Assembly (NCBI GenBank): GCA_963701965.1
Contig: OY969695.1
Location: 1,216,001-1,280,000 of the forward strand
DNA from: an uncultured Gemmatimonadales bacterium
GTDB taxonomy: Bacteria > Gemmatimonadota > Gemmatimonadetes > Gemmatimonadales > Gemmatimonadaceae
DNA: 64,000 nt
Direction of reading: 5' to 3'
The notes beneath the pieces were generated by a model, which was given only the letters and a program-made list of their open reading frames with translations, did not search any database and was not told the origin of the DNA. The position numbers and the translations under genes were made by a program. Of this stretch, positions 20,164 to 28,834 are shown one piece after another (within the stretch, counting starts at the first letter, position 1; every line of letters starts with the position of its first letter).

Positions 20164-20748
20164 ATGCCAGAAGAAATCGAGATCGACACCGACAAGCTGC
20201 GCGAGACGATCGACGAGGAGATCGAGTCCAAGGGCGGCGCGCGCCTTTTGAGACTCACGGCACTGACGACGGCGCTGCTCGCGGCGCTGGCGGCGATCGC
20301 GTCGCTCAAGGCCGGCGCCACGGTGAACGAGGCCATCCTCCTCAAGACCGAAGCCACGGAGTTACAGGCGCGGGCGTCCGACCAGTGGACGTACTATCAA
20401 GCCAAGGGCATCAAGGGGGCGGTCGCCTCGGCCACGGAGGCCGCATGGAAAGCGAACGGGAAGACGCCCCCGCCGGAGCTACAAGCCAGCGCCGATCGCT
20501 ACGCCGGCGAACAGAAGGCGATCGCCGATAGCGCCCGCGCGTTCGAGACCCTGCGGGACAAGCGGATCGAGGAGGCCGACCATTTGATGGGGCAGCACGA
20601 GGGCTTCGCGTTCGCGGTGGCCTTGTTACAGGTCTCGATCGCGCTGGGCGCGGTGGCGGCGTTGACGCGGTCCAAAGCGGTGCTGGGCACGTCGTTGGTC
20701 ATTGGCGGCGTGGGTGCGGCGCTCTTCGTGACGAGGTTGTTCGCTTAG
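20164..20748 (+). CDS. DUF4337 membrane protein
   Basis: ALTTALLAALAAIA, ASDQWTYYQAKGIK, ALLQVSIALGAVAALT. Confidence 0.88.
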   Translation: MPEEIEIDTDKLRETIDEEIESKGGARLLRLTALTTALLAALAAIASLKAGATVNEAILLKTEATELQARASDQWTYYQAKGIKGAVASATEAAWKANGKTPPPELQASADRYAGEQKAIADSARAFETLRDKRIEEADHLMGQHEGFAFAVALLQVSIALGAVAALTRSKAVLGTSLVIGGVGAALFVTRLFA

Positions 20749-20761
20749 CGGTCTGTGAGGC

Positions 20762-21061
20762 ATGGGATGGAACCTGCGGTATGGCGGCGAGGCTCTGTTT
20801 TTCATCGGCGTCGCCATCCGCCTCGCGGTCTGGTTGTTCCGCACCGCGCGCGAGGTCGGCACCGGGTTCGGCGGGCTGTTGCCGGACACCAACCCGCCCG
20901 TGGCGCCAGCGGCATCAATGACGCCGGATCAACACGCGCGCGCCATGTCAATGATCTCGCCCGAGCACCGGTGCGCGAAGTGCGGCGCGTTGATCCACAC
21001 GGACCTGGTGCACGGGGGATTCGGACCGTGCCGAAAGTGCGGTTGGTCGGCCGGCGGTTAG
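20762..21061 (+). CDS. Small membrane protein with C-terminal zinc ribbon
   Basis: N-terminal TM; CAKC...CRKC. Confidence 0.55.
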   Translation: MGWNLRYGGEALFFIGVAIRLAVWLFRTAREVGTGFGGLLPDTNPPVAPAASMTPDQHARAMSMISPEHRCAKCGALIHTDLVHGGFGPCRKCGWSAGG

Positions 21062-21071
21062 GTTTTCGGGG

Positions 21072-21599
21072 ATGCGCCGGCCCCTCTTCGCGCTCCTCTT
21101 TGCGCTTTGTGCGATCTGTGCGATCTGTGCGATCTTCGCAGCCCCGGTATCCGCGGCTGCGCAAGGCGGACAGCCGCCCGTAACCGGCGGTCTGATCGCC
21201 GCCGAAATCGCCGGCGGCGTCGCCGCCATGCCGCTCGGATTTCTCGGCGGCGGGTTGGCCACGCGGTGGGCCGCGCGCCGCTTCGGCGCCGATGACGAGA
21301 CCGCCGGTTCGGCGGCAATGATCGGCGCCTACACGACCGCGGTGTTCGTGACGGCGATCCCTCCGACAGTCATCGGCCTCAGTGGCCACGACGCCACGGG
21401 ATCGTATCTGGCCGCGCTCGCCGGGTCGGCGGTCGGTGGACTCGGCAGTTTTGCGCTGGTGCGTCTCAACCGGCAGAGCGGCGAGAGCATCCGCCCATGC
21501 CGCGTCACCTGCGTGTTGAGCTTCGTCGGCGTGATGCTGCTGCCCAGCGTGGGCGCGACGGTGGGCTTCAACCTGAGCCGCCGCTACTCACACCCGTAG
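21072..21599 (+). CDS. Gly-rich membrane protein with signal peptide
   Basis: Hydrophobic Gly-zipper-like helices, PSVGATVGFNLSR end. Confidence 0.65.
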   Translation: MRRPLFALLFALCAICAICAIFAAPVSAAAQGGQPPVTGGLIAAEIAGGVAAMPLGFLGGGLATRWAARRFGADDETAGSAAMIGAYTTAVFVTAIPPTVIGLSGHDATGSYLAALAGSAVGGLGSFALVRLNRQSGESIRPCRVTCVLSFVGVMLLPSVGATVGFNLSRRYSHP

Positions 21600-23219
21600 T
21601 CAGCGTCTCCGGAGACGGGCCAGGAGCTCCGAGAGCTCGTCCGCGCGCAACGACGCCAGCCGCTCCGAGCATCTTGCGCGTTCAGCGCTATCCTCGAACC
21701 GCGCGCACGAGCGGCGCCGGCCGGCCTCCCACATGTCCTGCGCTTCCCGCAGTTCGCGCACGGCCGATGCACCGCCCTGGGCATCGAACGTTGCCACGAG
21801 CGTGCCGAGCACGCGGCCGAGTCGCGCACTCGACGTGGTGATCGCGCCGGCGGTGGCCGAGGCGACCGGTGCCACGACCGCACCGGCGACCCGCAATGCC
21901 ACCTGCGGTGCGACCGGAACCGCGACGTCGGGAGCCGTCACGACATCGGCGGGCGCCGTCTCCGTTGTCGTGGTGGTGGTGGTGGTGGTCGTCGGCGGCG
22001 CGGTCTCGACCGGTGCCGGGCGATGCGTGCCGGTGCGCGCCAATGCCCGGGCAAAGCGCAGCCCGGTCGCGAAGACCAGGACGCAGCACAGGATGAGCGC
22101 CGGCACCCGGGACCGGGAGTGGACGACGCGCCGCCCGGTGTTGGTGACGCCATCGATCACGGTGCGCGCGGCCGCCATCCAACGCGGCGCCGCCTCCTTG
22201 AGCGCGGGCGGGACCGGCGGCCACTCCCCGGTCCAGCGCACCTCCAGGCGACCCGCGGTGATCGTGCGCGGCGGACGGGCCTCGAGCGGCAACACCGTGG
22301 GCCGCAACGGTCCAGGCGCGCCAGGCGCCGCCCGACGCCGCACCAGCCGGGGCTCGTCCGCGGTCGCGTCGCAGAGATACGCAAGGAGCGCCTCCGCATC
22401 ATCCCAGCGCGCCGACGGGTCTTTGTGCAACGAGCGCTCAATGGCGCGGCGCAGTCGGGGCGGGACGCCATTCCGCCGATCGTTGATGGGCGGGACCGGC
22501 TCGCACTTCTGGTTGAAGATCATCGAGTAGAGCGTCTCGGAGGGCCAGGGGCGCTCACCCACCAGCATCTCCCACGCAACGAGCCCAAGACTATAGATGT
22601 CGCTGCGTCCGTCGACGGGGCCGCCGTCGAGCGCCTCCGGCGACATGTAGGCCGGCGTACCGACCGCGATACCGCCGCCAGTCAGGCAGGCGTCGAACCC
22701 CATGCGCCGCGCGACGCCGAAATCGGCGAGCATCGCGCGGCCCGACTCGGCTTCGAGGAAGATGTTGTCGGGTTTCACGTCGCGATGCACGATCCCGCGT
22801 CCGTGGGCGTAGAGCAGCGCGCTCGCGATCTCCGCCATGACGTTGGCGACGAGGCCGATCTCCTGTGGACCTTCGCGGTCAATGCGCGCCCGGATCGACT
22901 CGCCGAGGACGAGCGGCATCGTGTAGTAGAGGAGGCCCGCCACTTCGCCCGCGGCCAGCAACGGCACCACGTGCGGATGCTGCAAGCCGGCGACGAGACG
23001 AATCTCTCGCCGGAATCGGTCGGGCGCCTCGCCGTCCGCCAGCTCCGGTGGCAGCACCTTGATGACCACCGGTCTGTCGAGCTCGGTATCGCGGGCCACA
23101 AACACGCGGCTCTGCACCCCGCCACCCAGCTCGGAGCCGACTTCGTATTCGTTCCCGATCGCCTCTTGCAGGCGTTCCCGCAATTCGTTGCTCACGGCAT
23201 CTCGTGGCACCGGCACCAT
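21600..23219 (-). CDS. Hanks-type Ser/Thr protein kinase with TM segment and Thr-rich linker
   Basis: ELGGGVQSRVF, VVIK, HRDVKPDN, DFG, GTPAYMSPE; TM ALILCCVLVFA; poly-Thr run. Confidence 0.92.
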   Translation of the reverse strand: MVPVPRDAVSNELRERLQEAIGNEYEVGSELGGGVQSRVFVARDTELDRPVVIKVLPPELADGEAPDRFRREIRLVAGLQHPHVVPLLAAGEVAGLLYYTMPLVLGESIRARIDREGPQEIGLVANVMAEIASALLYAHGRGIVHRDVKPDNIFLEAESGRAMLADFGVARRMGFDACLTGGGIAVGTPAYMSPEALDGGPVDGRSDIYSLGLVAWEMLVGERPWPSETLYSMIFNQKCEPVPPINDRRNGVPPRLRRAIERSLHKDPSARWDDAEALLAYLCDATADEPRLVRRRAAPGAPGPLRPTVLPLEARPPRTITAGRLEVRWTGEWPPVPPALKEAAPRWMAAARTVIDGVTNTGRRVVHSRSRVPALILCCVLVFATGLRFARALARTGTHRPAPVETAPPTTTTTTTTTTETAPADVVTAPDVAVPVAPQVALRVAGAVVAPVASATAGAITTSSARLGRVLGTLVATFDAQGGASAVRELREAQDMWEAGRRRSCARFEDSAERARCSERLASLRADELSELLARLRRR

Positions 23220-23407
23220 GGATTACCCGTCACTGCCCCACCGCGCTCAGCGGTGCTGGGGCTGCCTGATTCACAGCGCACCACCCGTGCCAGGCCGACG
23301 CGGGGCAAGCCCTGGCAACGAAATCGCGCACGATCGGTTTTCAGGACAGTCCGTTGCGCATGATGAGGACAGTTGCCGCCCGGGGCGAGCGCGAAGCACT
23401 ATACACC

Positions 23408-24727
23408 ATGACCCACACATTGACGACGCCGGATCTCAATGCCTTGTGGTTGCCGTTCACGGCGAACCGCGCATTCAAGCAGGCGCCGCGGCTCCTGGCG
23501 TCGGCGCGGGGCATGTATTACACGACGGTCGACGGCCGCGAGATTCTGGACGGCGCGGCGGGGCTCTGGTGTGTCAATGCAGGTCACTGTCGCGAGGCGA
23601 TCGTCGCGGCGATCGCCGGGCAGGCGGCACAGCTCGATTACGCACCGGGATTTCAAATGGGGCATCCGCTGGCGTTCGATTTGGCGTCGCGGCTGGCGGC
23701 CATCGCCCCTGGTGATCTCGATCACGTTTTCTTCGCCAACTCGGGGTCCGAGGCCGTAGATACGGCGCTCAAGATCGCGCTCGCTTACCATCACGCGCGC
23801 GGCGAGCCAGAGCGCACGCGGTTCATAGGCCGGAACCGCGGCTATCACGGCGTCGGATTCGGCGGAATATCGGTCGGCGGTATTGAGAACAACCGCAAGC
23901 AATTCGGCGCCCGCTTGACCGGTGTCGACCATCTGGTCGATACGCACCTGTTACCGGTGAACGCGTACTCGCGCGGACAGCCAGCCCATGGGGCGCATCT
24001 GGCCAATGATCTCGAGCGCATCATCGCCGAGCGGGGGGCGTCGACGATCGCGGCCGTCATCATCGAGCCGGTCGCGGGATCCGCGGGCGTGCTGATCCCT
24101 CCGGTCGGATACTTGGAGCGCATCCGCGCGATCTGCGCCCGGCATGACATCCTGTTGATCTTCGACGAGGTGATCACCGGGTTCGGGCGCATCGGGGCAC
24201 CGTTCGCGTCCGAGTACTTCAACATCGTGCCCGACATCATGACGGTGGCCAAGGGGCTGACGAACGGCGCGGTGCCCATGGGCGCGGCGCTCGTCCGCTC
24301 GGCGCTCTACGACACACTCATGCATGGCGAGCCGGGGATCGAGCTGTTTCACGGCTATACGTACTCCGGGCATCCGCTTGCGGCGGCGGCGGGCTTGGCG
24401 GCGCTCGACGTCTACGAGGGTGAGGGGTTGTTCGACCGCGCCGCGGCACTGGCCGATCCGTGGGCGGACGCGGTCCACGGGTTGCGCGGGCTGCCGCACG
24501 TCATCGACATCCGGAACATCGGCCTGGTGGCGGCGATCGAGCTCGAGCCCCGGGCGGACCGGCCGAACACGCGGGCGTTCGACGTCTTTTTGGATTGCTT
24601 CGAGCGCGGAGTGCTGATCCGCACGACGGGCGACACGATCGCGTTGTCGCCGCCGCTCATCATCGAGCAGAGCCAGATCGGCGAGCTAGTGGACGCCGTC
24701 GCCACCGGCCTGCGCCGGGTGTCGTAA
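23408..24727 (+). CDS. Class III omega-amino acid:pyruvate aminotransferase
   Basis: WLPFTANRAFK, GLWCVNAGH, NSGSEAVDTALK, FDEVITGFGR, TVAKGLTNG, FHGYTYSGHP. Confidence 0.95.
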   Translation: MTHTLTTPDLNALWLPFTANRAFKQAPRLLASARGMYYTTVDGREILDGAAGLWCVNAGHCREAIVAAIAGQAAQLDYAPGFQMGHPLAFDLASRLAAIAPGDLDHVFFANSGSEAVDTALKIALAYHHARGEPERTRFIGRNRGYHGVGFGGISVGGIENNRKQFGARLTGVDHLVDTHLLPVNAYSRGQPAHGAHLANDLERIIAERGASTIAAVIIEPVAGSAGVLIPPVGYLERIRAICARHDILLIFDEVITGFGRIGAPFASEYFNIVPDIMTVAKGLTNGAVPMGAALVRSALYDTLMHGEPGIELFHGYTYSGHPLAAAAGLAALDVYEGEGLFDRAAALADPWADAVHGLRGLPHVIDIRNIGLVAAIELEPRADRPNTRAFDVFLDCFERGVLIRTTGDTIALSPPLIIEQSQIGELVDAVATGLRRVS

Positions 24728-25594
24728 GAGCGGCACCACGACACCCTGAAGGACGACCGCGATCGCCAGGCCGGCGGCGGCGTCGACCGCGTAATGATTG
24801 CGGGTGTAGACGGTCGCGAACGCCAGCGCGACGACGTCGGCGGTGATGACAGTGGCGACGGCGCGCGAGTACCAGGTCCATGATCCCCAGGCGATCGCGG
24901 CGGCCGCGGCGACGTGGGTGCTGGGGAACGACGTGCCGAGCGCGTCGCCGACTTGTTGGACGAGTGCGGTCATTCCATAGAAGAGCCCATGAGACCAGTC
25001 CACGGGCGGGGCGGTGGCGGCCGGCCCGACGACGGGAAAGATCAGATTGGCGACGCCGCAGGTCATATACGTGAGCATGACGCGCAGCACGTAGTCGCGC
25101 AGGGCCCCGACGCGGCGCTCACCACCCTTGAGCATGAGCAGGGGCGGGACGATGAGCAGCACGTAGAACGAGAAGTAGGCGGCGTACATGATCTCGTCGA
25201 GCCAGCGCGAGCGGCGGAGGTCGAGCGGGAAGAGCGTGGCGTCGAGCCGCACGATGGCATCGTCGTAGGCGTGGCGGTGGAGCACGGGCACGATGGCGCC
25301 GAGCTCGCCCCAGAGCACGCCCAGGGCGAGCAGGGGGTAGATGTCGGCGAGACGGCGGGCGGCGGGCAATGTGGCGCCGGGGCGCCGCAGATACCAGGGA
25401 AGGCCGATGGCCAGCGCGTGCGCGGCGGTGGCCCAGAGCGCGGCGCGGGAGTGCGCGCTGCCGGCGAGCCACGCGAGCGCGACCAGCGCGTTGTACGCGG
25501 CGAAGATTCGGTCGATAGGGAGAAGCCGCGCGCGCTCAGGCGGGACGATGGCTTCCTGCCTCCGCTCCCGGGAGTGATGCGACGACGGTGGCAT
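24686..25594 (-). CDS. PAP2-family membrane phosphatase / IPC-synthase-like
   Basis: Multi-TM; FPVVGP, SFPSTHVA, RNHYAVD. Confidence 0.85.
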   Translation of the reverse strand: MPPSSHHSRERRQEAIVPPERARLLPIDRIFAAYNALVALAWLAGSAHSRAALWATAAHALAIGLPWYLRRPGATLPAARRLADIYPLLALGVLWGELGAIVPVLHRHAYDDAIVRLDATLFPLDLRRSRWLDEIMYAAYFSFYVLLIVPPLLMLKGGERRVGALRDYVLRVMLTYMTCGVANLIFPVVGPAATAPPVDWSHGLFYGMTALVQQVGDALGTSFPSTHVAAAAAIAWGSWTWYSRAVATVITADVVALAFATVYTRNHYAVDAAAGLAIAVVLQGVVVPLLRHPAQAGGDGVH

Positions 25595-26750
25595 CGTCGC
25601 CGAGTCTGACGGAGCCTCCGCAGCAGCGGAGGAGATCGTCGGCGGTGCTGACGACCGATTGGGGCACGGGGACGCCGAGGGGTTCGCCGCTGCTCAAGGC
25701 GCGAAGGGTCAGGCGGACGCCGTGCGGCGGAGCCGCGGGCTCGGCGGCAATCTGGATCCAGCCGCGACCGCCGACCGCATCGCGTGCGGCGCCGACGAGC
25801 GTTACGAGGACCCGGACGAGTCGGGCGGCATCGAGGCGCGCGGGTGGGAGCGCGTCGGCGAGATCGAGCGTCACGGAGGCTTCGTCGCCCGCGAGGATCT
25901 GGAGGAGGCGCCAGGCATCGTGGAGCGTCGTGGGGACGTCGAGGGTGGCTTGGTGTTCCGTGGGCGCGGGGAGTGGACGAAAGAGGGTCGAGAAGTGGCG
26001 GGCGACAGCGCCGGCGGCGCGTGAGATGCGGGTGATGCGGGTGGTGTTGCAGGAGCCGGGCATGACCTGGCAGAACGTATCGACGGAATCGAGCGCGGCG
26101 CTGAGATACCGGACGACGGCGGCGCCGGCCTCGTCGCGAAACACGGCGCCGGAGAGGCGTTCCATCTCGGAGACGGCGCCGGCGGCCAGGGTGTGGAGGG
26201 AGTCGATGTCGTCGTTGGTCCAGTCGCGCACCGTGTAGTCGTAAACACAGCAACTACCGAGGGCGTGGCCTCCCCGGGTGGTGAGGGGGACGCCGAGGCA
26301 GGCGACGACGCCGAGGCCAATGACCGAGGGGAAGGTGGAGAAAATGGGGTCGGCACGGGCATCGCGGATAGCGAGCTGAGCGCCAGTCTCGGCGATGATG
26401 GCTTGGCAGAAGGAGGGGCGGAGTGTGGTGCCGCCGGCGGCGGCGAGGGCTGGGGGCACACCGACGGTACTCACCCAGACGTCGCGATCGGCGTCGACGA
26501 GGGAGATGATGGCGACCGGCGCAGCCAGGAGTCGGGCGGTCGTGGCGGCGAGGCGTTGGAATCGATCGCGCGGCCCGCGGCCCTCGGGGAGGCCGGTCGC
26601 ACGGACGGCTGCCAGGCGGCGCACGTCGGATGTGACGTGCGCGTACCGGCGGACGGCGTGCGGGCGCGTCGTCGGGGGCATATCGGGGACAACATACCGG
26701 GGAGGCGCGTATGTGTCGACCGCGTGGCATTTCGATTGTGGTGGACGCAT
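25536..26750 (-). CDS. GAF domain fused to a degenerate histidine-kinase module
   Basis: RLAAVRATGL...APVAIISLVDADR...SFC...ACLGVPL (GAF); C-terminal half echoes HisKA/HATPase but lacks H, N and G boxes; start uncertain. Confidence 0.7.
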   Translation of the reverse strand: MRPPQSKCHAVDTYAPPRYVVPDMPPTTRPHAVRRYAHVTSDVRRLAAVRATGLPEGRGPRDRFQRLAATTARLLAAPVAIISLVDADRDVWVSTVGVPPALAAAGGTTLRPSFCQAIIAETGAQLAIRDARADPIFSTFPSVIGLGVVACLGVPLTTRGGHALGSCCVYDYTVRDWTNDDIDSLHTLAAGAVSEMERLSGAVFRDEAGAAVVRYLSAALDSVDTFCQVMPGSCNTTRITRISRAAGAVARHFSTLFRPLPAPTEHQATLDVPTTLHDAWRLLQILAGDEASVTLDLADALPPARLDAARLVRVLVTLVGAARDAVGGRGWIQIAAEPAAPPHGVRLTLRALSSGEPLGVPVPQSVVSTADDLLRCCGGSVRLGDDATVVASLPGAEAGSHRPA

Positions 26751-26850
26751 GGGTCACATGCTGTCCTTATCCAAGATGTAGCGCGAACTCTGCCGACATC
26801 TCGGACTGTATCATGTCGCTAAAGCGACAGTATCGAGCCTGACTTCGTTG

Positions 26851-27072
26851 CTACTTTTCGCGATGGGTGTCGAAGACATCCCGGACTGGGTGGCCGATAA
26901 AGGCCGCGATTCTCGCCTTGAGGGGGGCGCTGCCTGCGCGTTCGCCGGCAAGCACCAGCATGAGGTGGTTGTACGACACGCCGAGGTCACGGGCGGCGTC
27001 GGCCATCGACGTTTCCTTGAGGGTGGCCGCTGCGCGAAAGGCCGCCTTGCGTTCAAGCGGGGTCATGGCCAT
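26851..27072 (-). CDS. Small Cro-like HTH protein
   Basis: SMADAARDLGVSYNHLMLVLAGER...IAAFIGHPVRDVF. Confidence 0.8.
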   Translation of the reverse strand: MAMTPLERKAAFRAAATLKETSMADAARDLGVSYNHLMLVLAGERAGSAPLKARIAAFIGHPVRDVFDTHREK

Positions 27073-27118
27073 TTTCGCACAGGTGGAAAATGAACGTATG
27101 TGTGTGTCTTCATGGCAT

Positions 27119-27147
27119 AAGAATGATATTGTCAGGTATCATGTCAA
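27119..27147 (-). promoter_or_regulatory. Putative promoter/operator between divergent HTH genes
   Basis: Minus-strand TTGACA (27147-27142), 16 bp, CATTCT; overlapping inverted repeat ATGATA-N8-TATCAT (27123-27142). Confidence 0.5.
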
Positions 27148-27177
27148 GGGAAGCTTGATACTGGATTCGCTACGACT

Positions 27178-27711
27178 ATGACGCTCTTCGCCGACCGCTT
27201 ACGTCAGGCGCGACAGCGCGTGCGGACCGCGTCCGGGACCCGCATGACTCAGGGCCATCTGGCGAAGGCGGTAGGTGTGGAGCGCAACACGGTGAGCCGC
27301 TGGGAGAACAGTGGCGTGCGCCCGAAAGATCCCGCGGTCATCGCGCGCTTGGCCGACGTGCTCCGCGTGAGCATGGAATGGCTCGTCGCCTCGGGCGACG
27401 AACCGCGTCAGTCCGCGGAGCAACCGCTCGAAGCGTACAGCGCGAGTCTCGCGCTCGAGCGTCGACTTCCCCCAGAGGCGTACGAGCTGATACTCGGCTA
27501 CGTGCGACGCGTCGAGGCATCGGGCGCCACAGCCGCGCAGACCCGCGAGGCGCAGCGACTCTTGCTCGAAGGCGCGTTCACATCGCTCCGCCGCCCCGCG
27601 CCCCGCGAGCGGGTGATCGCGATCGTCCTCGGTGATGTCGAAGCAATGTGGCGCTACATCACGTCCGTGCTGGCGCAAGACGGGATTGATGTGATCAGCG
27701 GCGCAAAATAG
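27178..27711 (+). CDS. XRE/CI-like HTH transcriptional regulator
   Basis: FADRLRQAR...MTQGHLAKAVGVERNTVSRWENSG...LADVLRVSMEWL. Confidence 0.88.
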   Translation: MTLFADRLRQARQRVRTASGTRMTQGHLAKAVGVERNTVSRWENSGVRPKDPAVIARLADVLRVSMEWLVASGDEPRQSAEQPLEAYSASLALERRLPPEAYELILGYVRRVEASGATAAQTREAQRLLLEGAFTSLRRPAPRERVIAIVLGDVEAMWRYITSVLAQDGIDVISGAK

Positions 27712-27733
27712 CTTACGGATTCCCCGCACCTTG

Positions 27734-27812
<79 letters not shown>

Positions 27813-27820
27813 TCAAAACC

Positions 27821-27865
27821 AAAGCCTCGCTTGGCGTTATGACGCTCAGCGAGGTTTTGTTTTTT
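27821..27865 (+). terminator. Rho-independent terminator after tRNA-Ile
   Basis: AAAGCCTCGCT...AGCGAGGTTTT stem followed by a T run. Confidence 0.75.
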
Positions 27866-28004
27866 GGCGCGCTCAGGGCGTCGGTGTCAAATCTGGTGTC
27901 GAATTGCTTGGACGCGGCACCAGGCCACTTGCACGCAGCGTCTGAACCGTCTGACTCAAGAAGCGCGTAGATTGTGTGTAGACCGAGAACGAGGATGGCC
28001 TGCT

Positions 28005-28232
28005 GTGCGCACTCGAAACGATATCGTCCACAGCGACCCGGCCATCTTGAGCGGCGAGCCTGTGTTCACCGGCACGCGCGTGCCGGTGACGTCCCTATTC
28101 GAGTGGCTGGAAGGCGGGGAGACGCTGGACGAATGGTTGGACAACTTTCCCGGCGTGACGCGCGAGCAGACGGTGAGCGTGCTAGAGGACGCGAGGGCCC
28201 TGACCGTCGCCGGTGCGCGTTCTTCTCGATGA
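28005..28232 (+). CDS. DUF433 antitoxin-like protein
   Basis: DPAILSGEPVFTGTRVPV..LFEWLEGGETLDEWLDNFPGVTREQ; GAGGA RBS, GTG start. Confidence 0.92.
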   Translation: MRTRNDIVHSDPAILSGEPVFTGTRVPVTSLFEWLEGGETLDEWLDNFPGVTREQTVSVLEDARALTVAGARSSR

Positions 28233-28612
28233 GCACCTACCCCGGAAGCTCGCCCGAGAGCTAACCGGGCACCAGCCCCGGGGGGTGCGTGAAATGGGAT
28301 GGGGCGCGCTGCAGAATGGCGCGCTGCTTCGTCAGGCGGCGGGCGAAGGCTTTCGCGCAATGCTTACGATGGACAAGCGCATCCCTGACCAACAGAACCT
28401 AGCGAATCGGATTGGCGATCGTGATCATTCAGGCCCCGACGACCCAGTTGGTCCACCTCCAACCGCTCCTGCCGGCGATCTTGGATGCCCTGGATAACGT
28501 GCAAGCGGGCCAATACTCCCTCGTACGGATCTGCCTAGCTACAGGTTCGCCTCATTACCAGCGTCATCAAGGAAGGTGCTGGTTGACGCAGTGGCAGGCC
28601 GTCTTGGCGTGA
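28213..28612 (+). CDS. DUF5615/VapC45-like PIN toxin, frameshifted near 28405
   Basis: MRVLLDEHLP...MGW..LQNGALL..A...GF...LTMDK.IPDQQNL, continuing in another frame as AIVIIQAPTTQL..LQPLLP. Confidence 0.85.
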
Positions 28613-28834
28613 GTTGCTGGCGGAGCGGGCCGCCCGTGCGACACAACCTGACCGCTACCGGGTAGAGCGCGTGGACTGAGCCGATAACGTCGCCCGGTGG
28701 GCTCGACGCCTTTGTATCAACTTCGACCATTCATTAATCCGGCGACCTATAGTCAACGTCAATGGAGTTGGGTCGAATCGATCGTGCATGACTAAAAGCG
28801 GCATGACGAAATCGCTAAACGGATCATCCCACAA

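Noticed and set aside
21967..21993. (GGT)n microsatellite as a phase-variation switch
   Set aside because: Trinucleotide unit keeps the frame; it only encodes a poly-Thr linker
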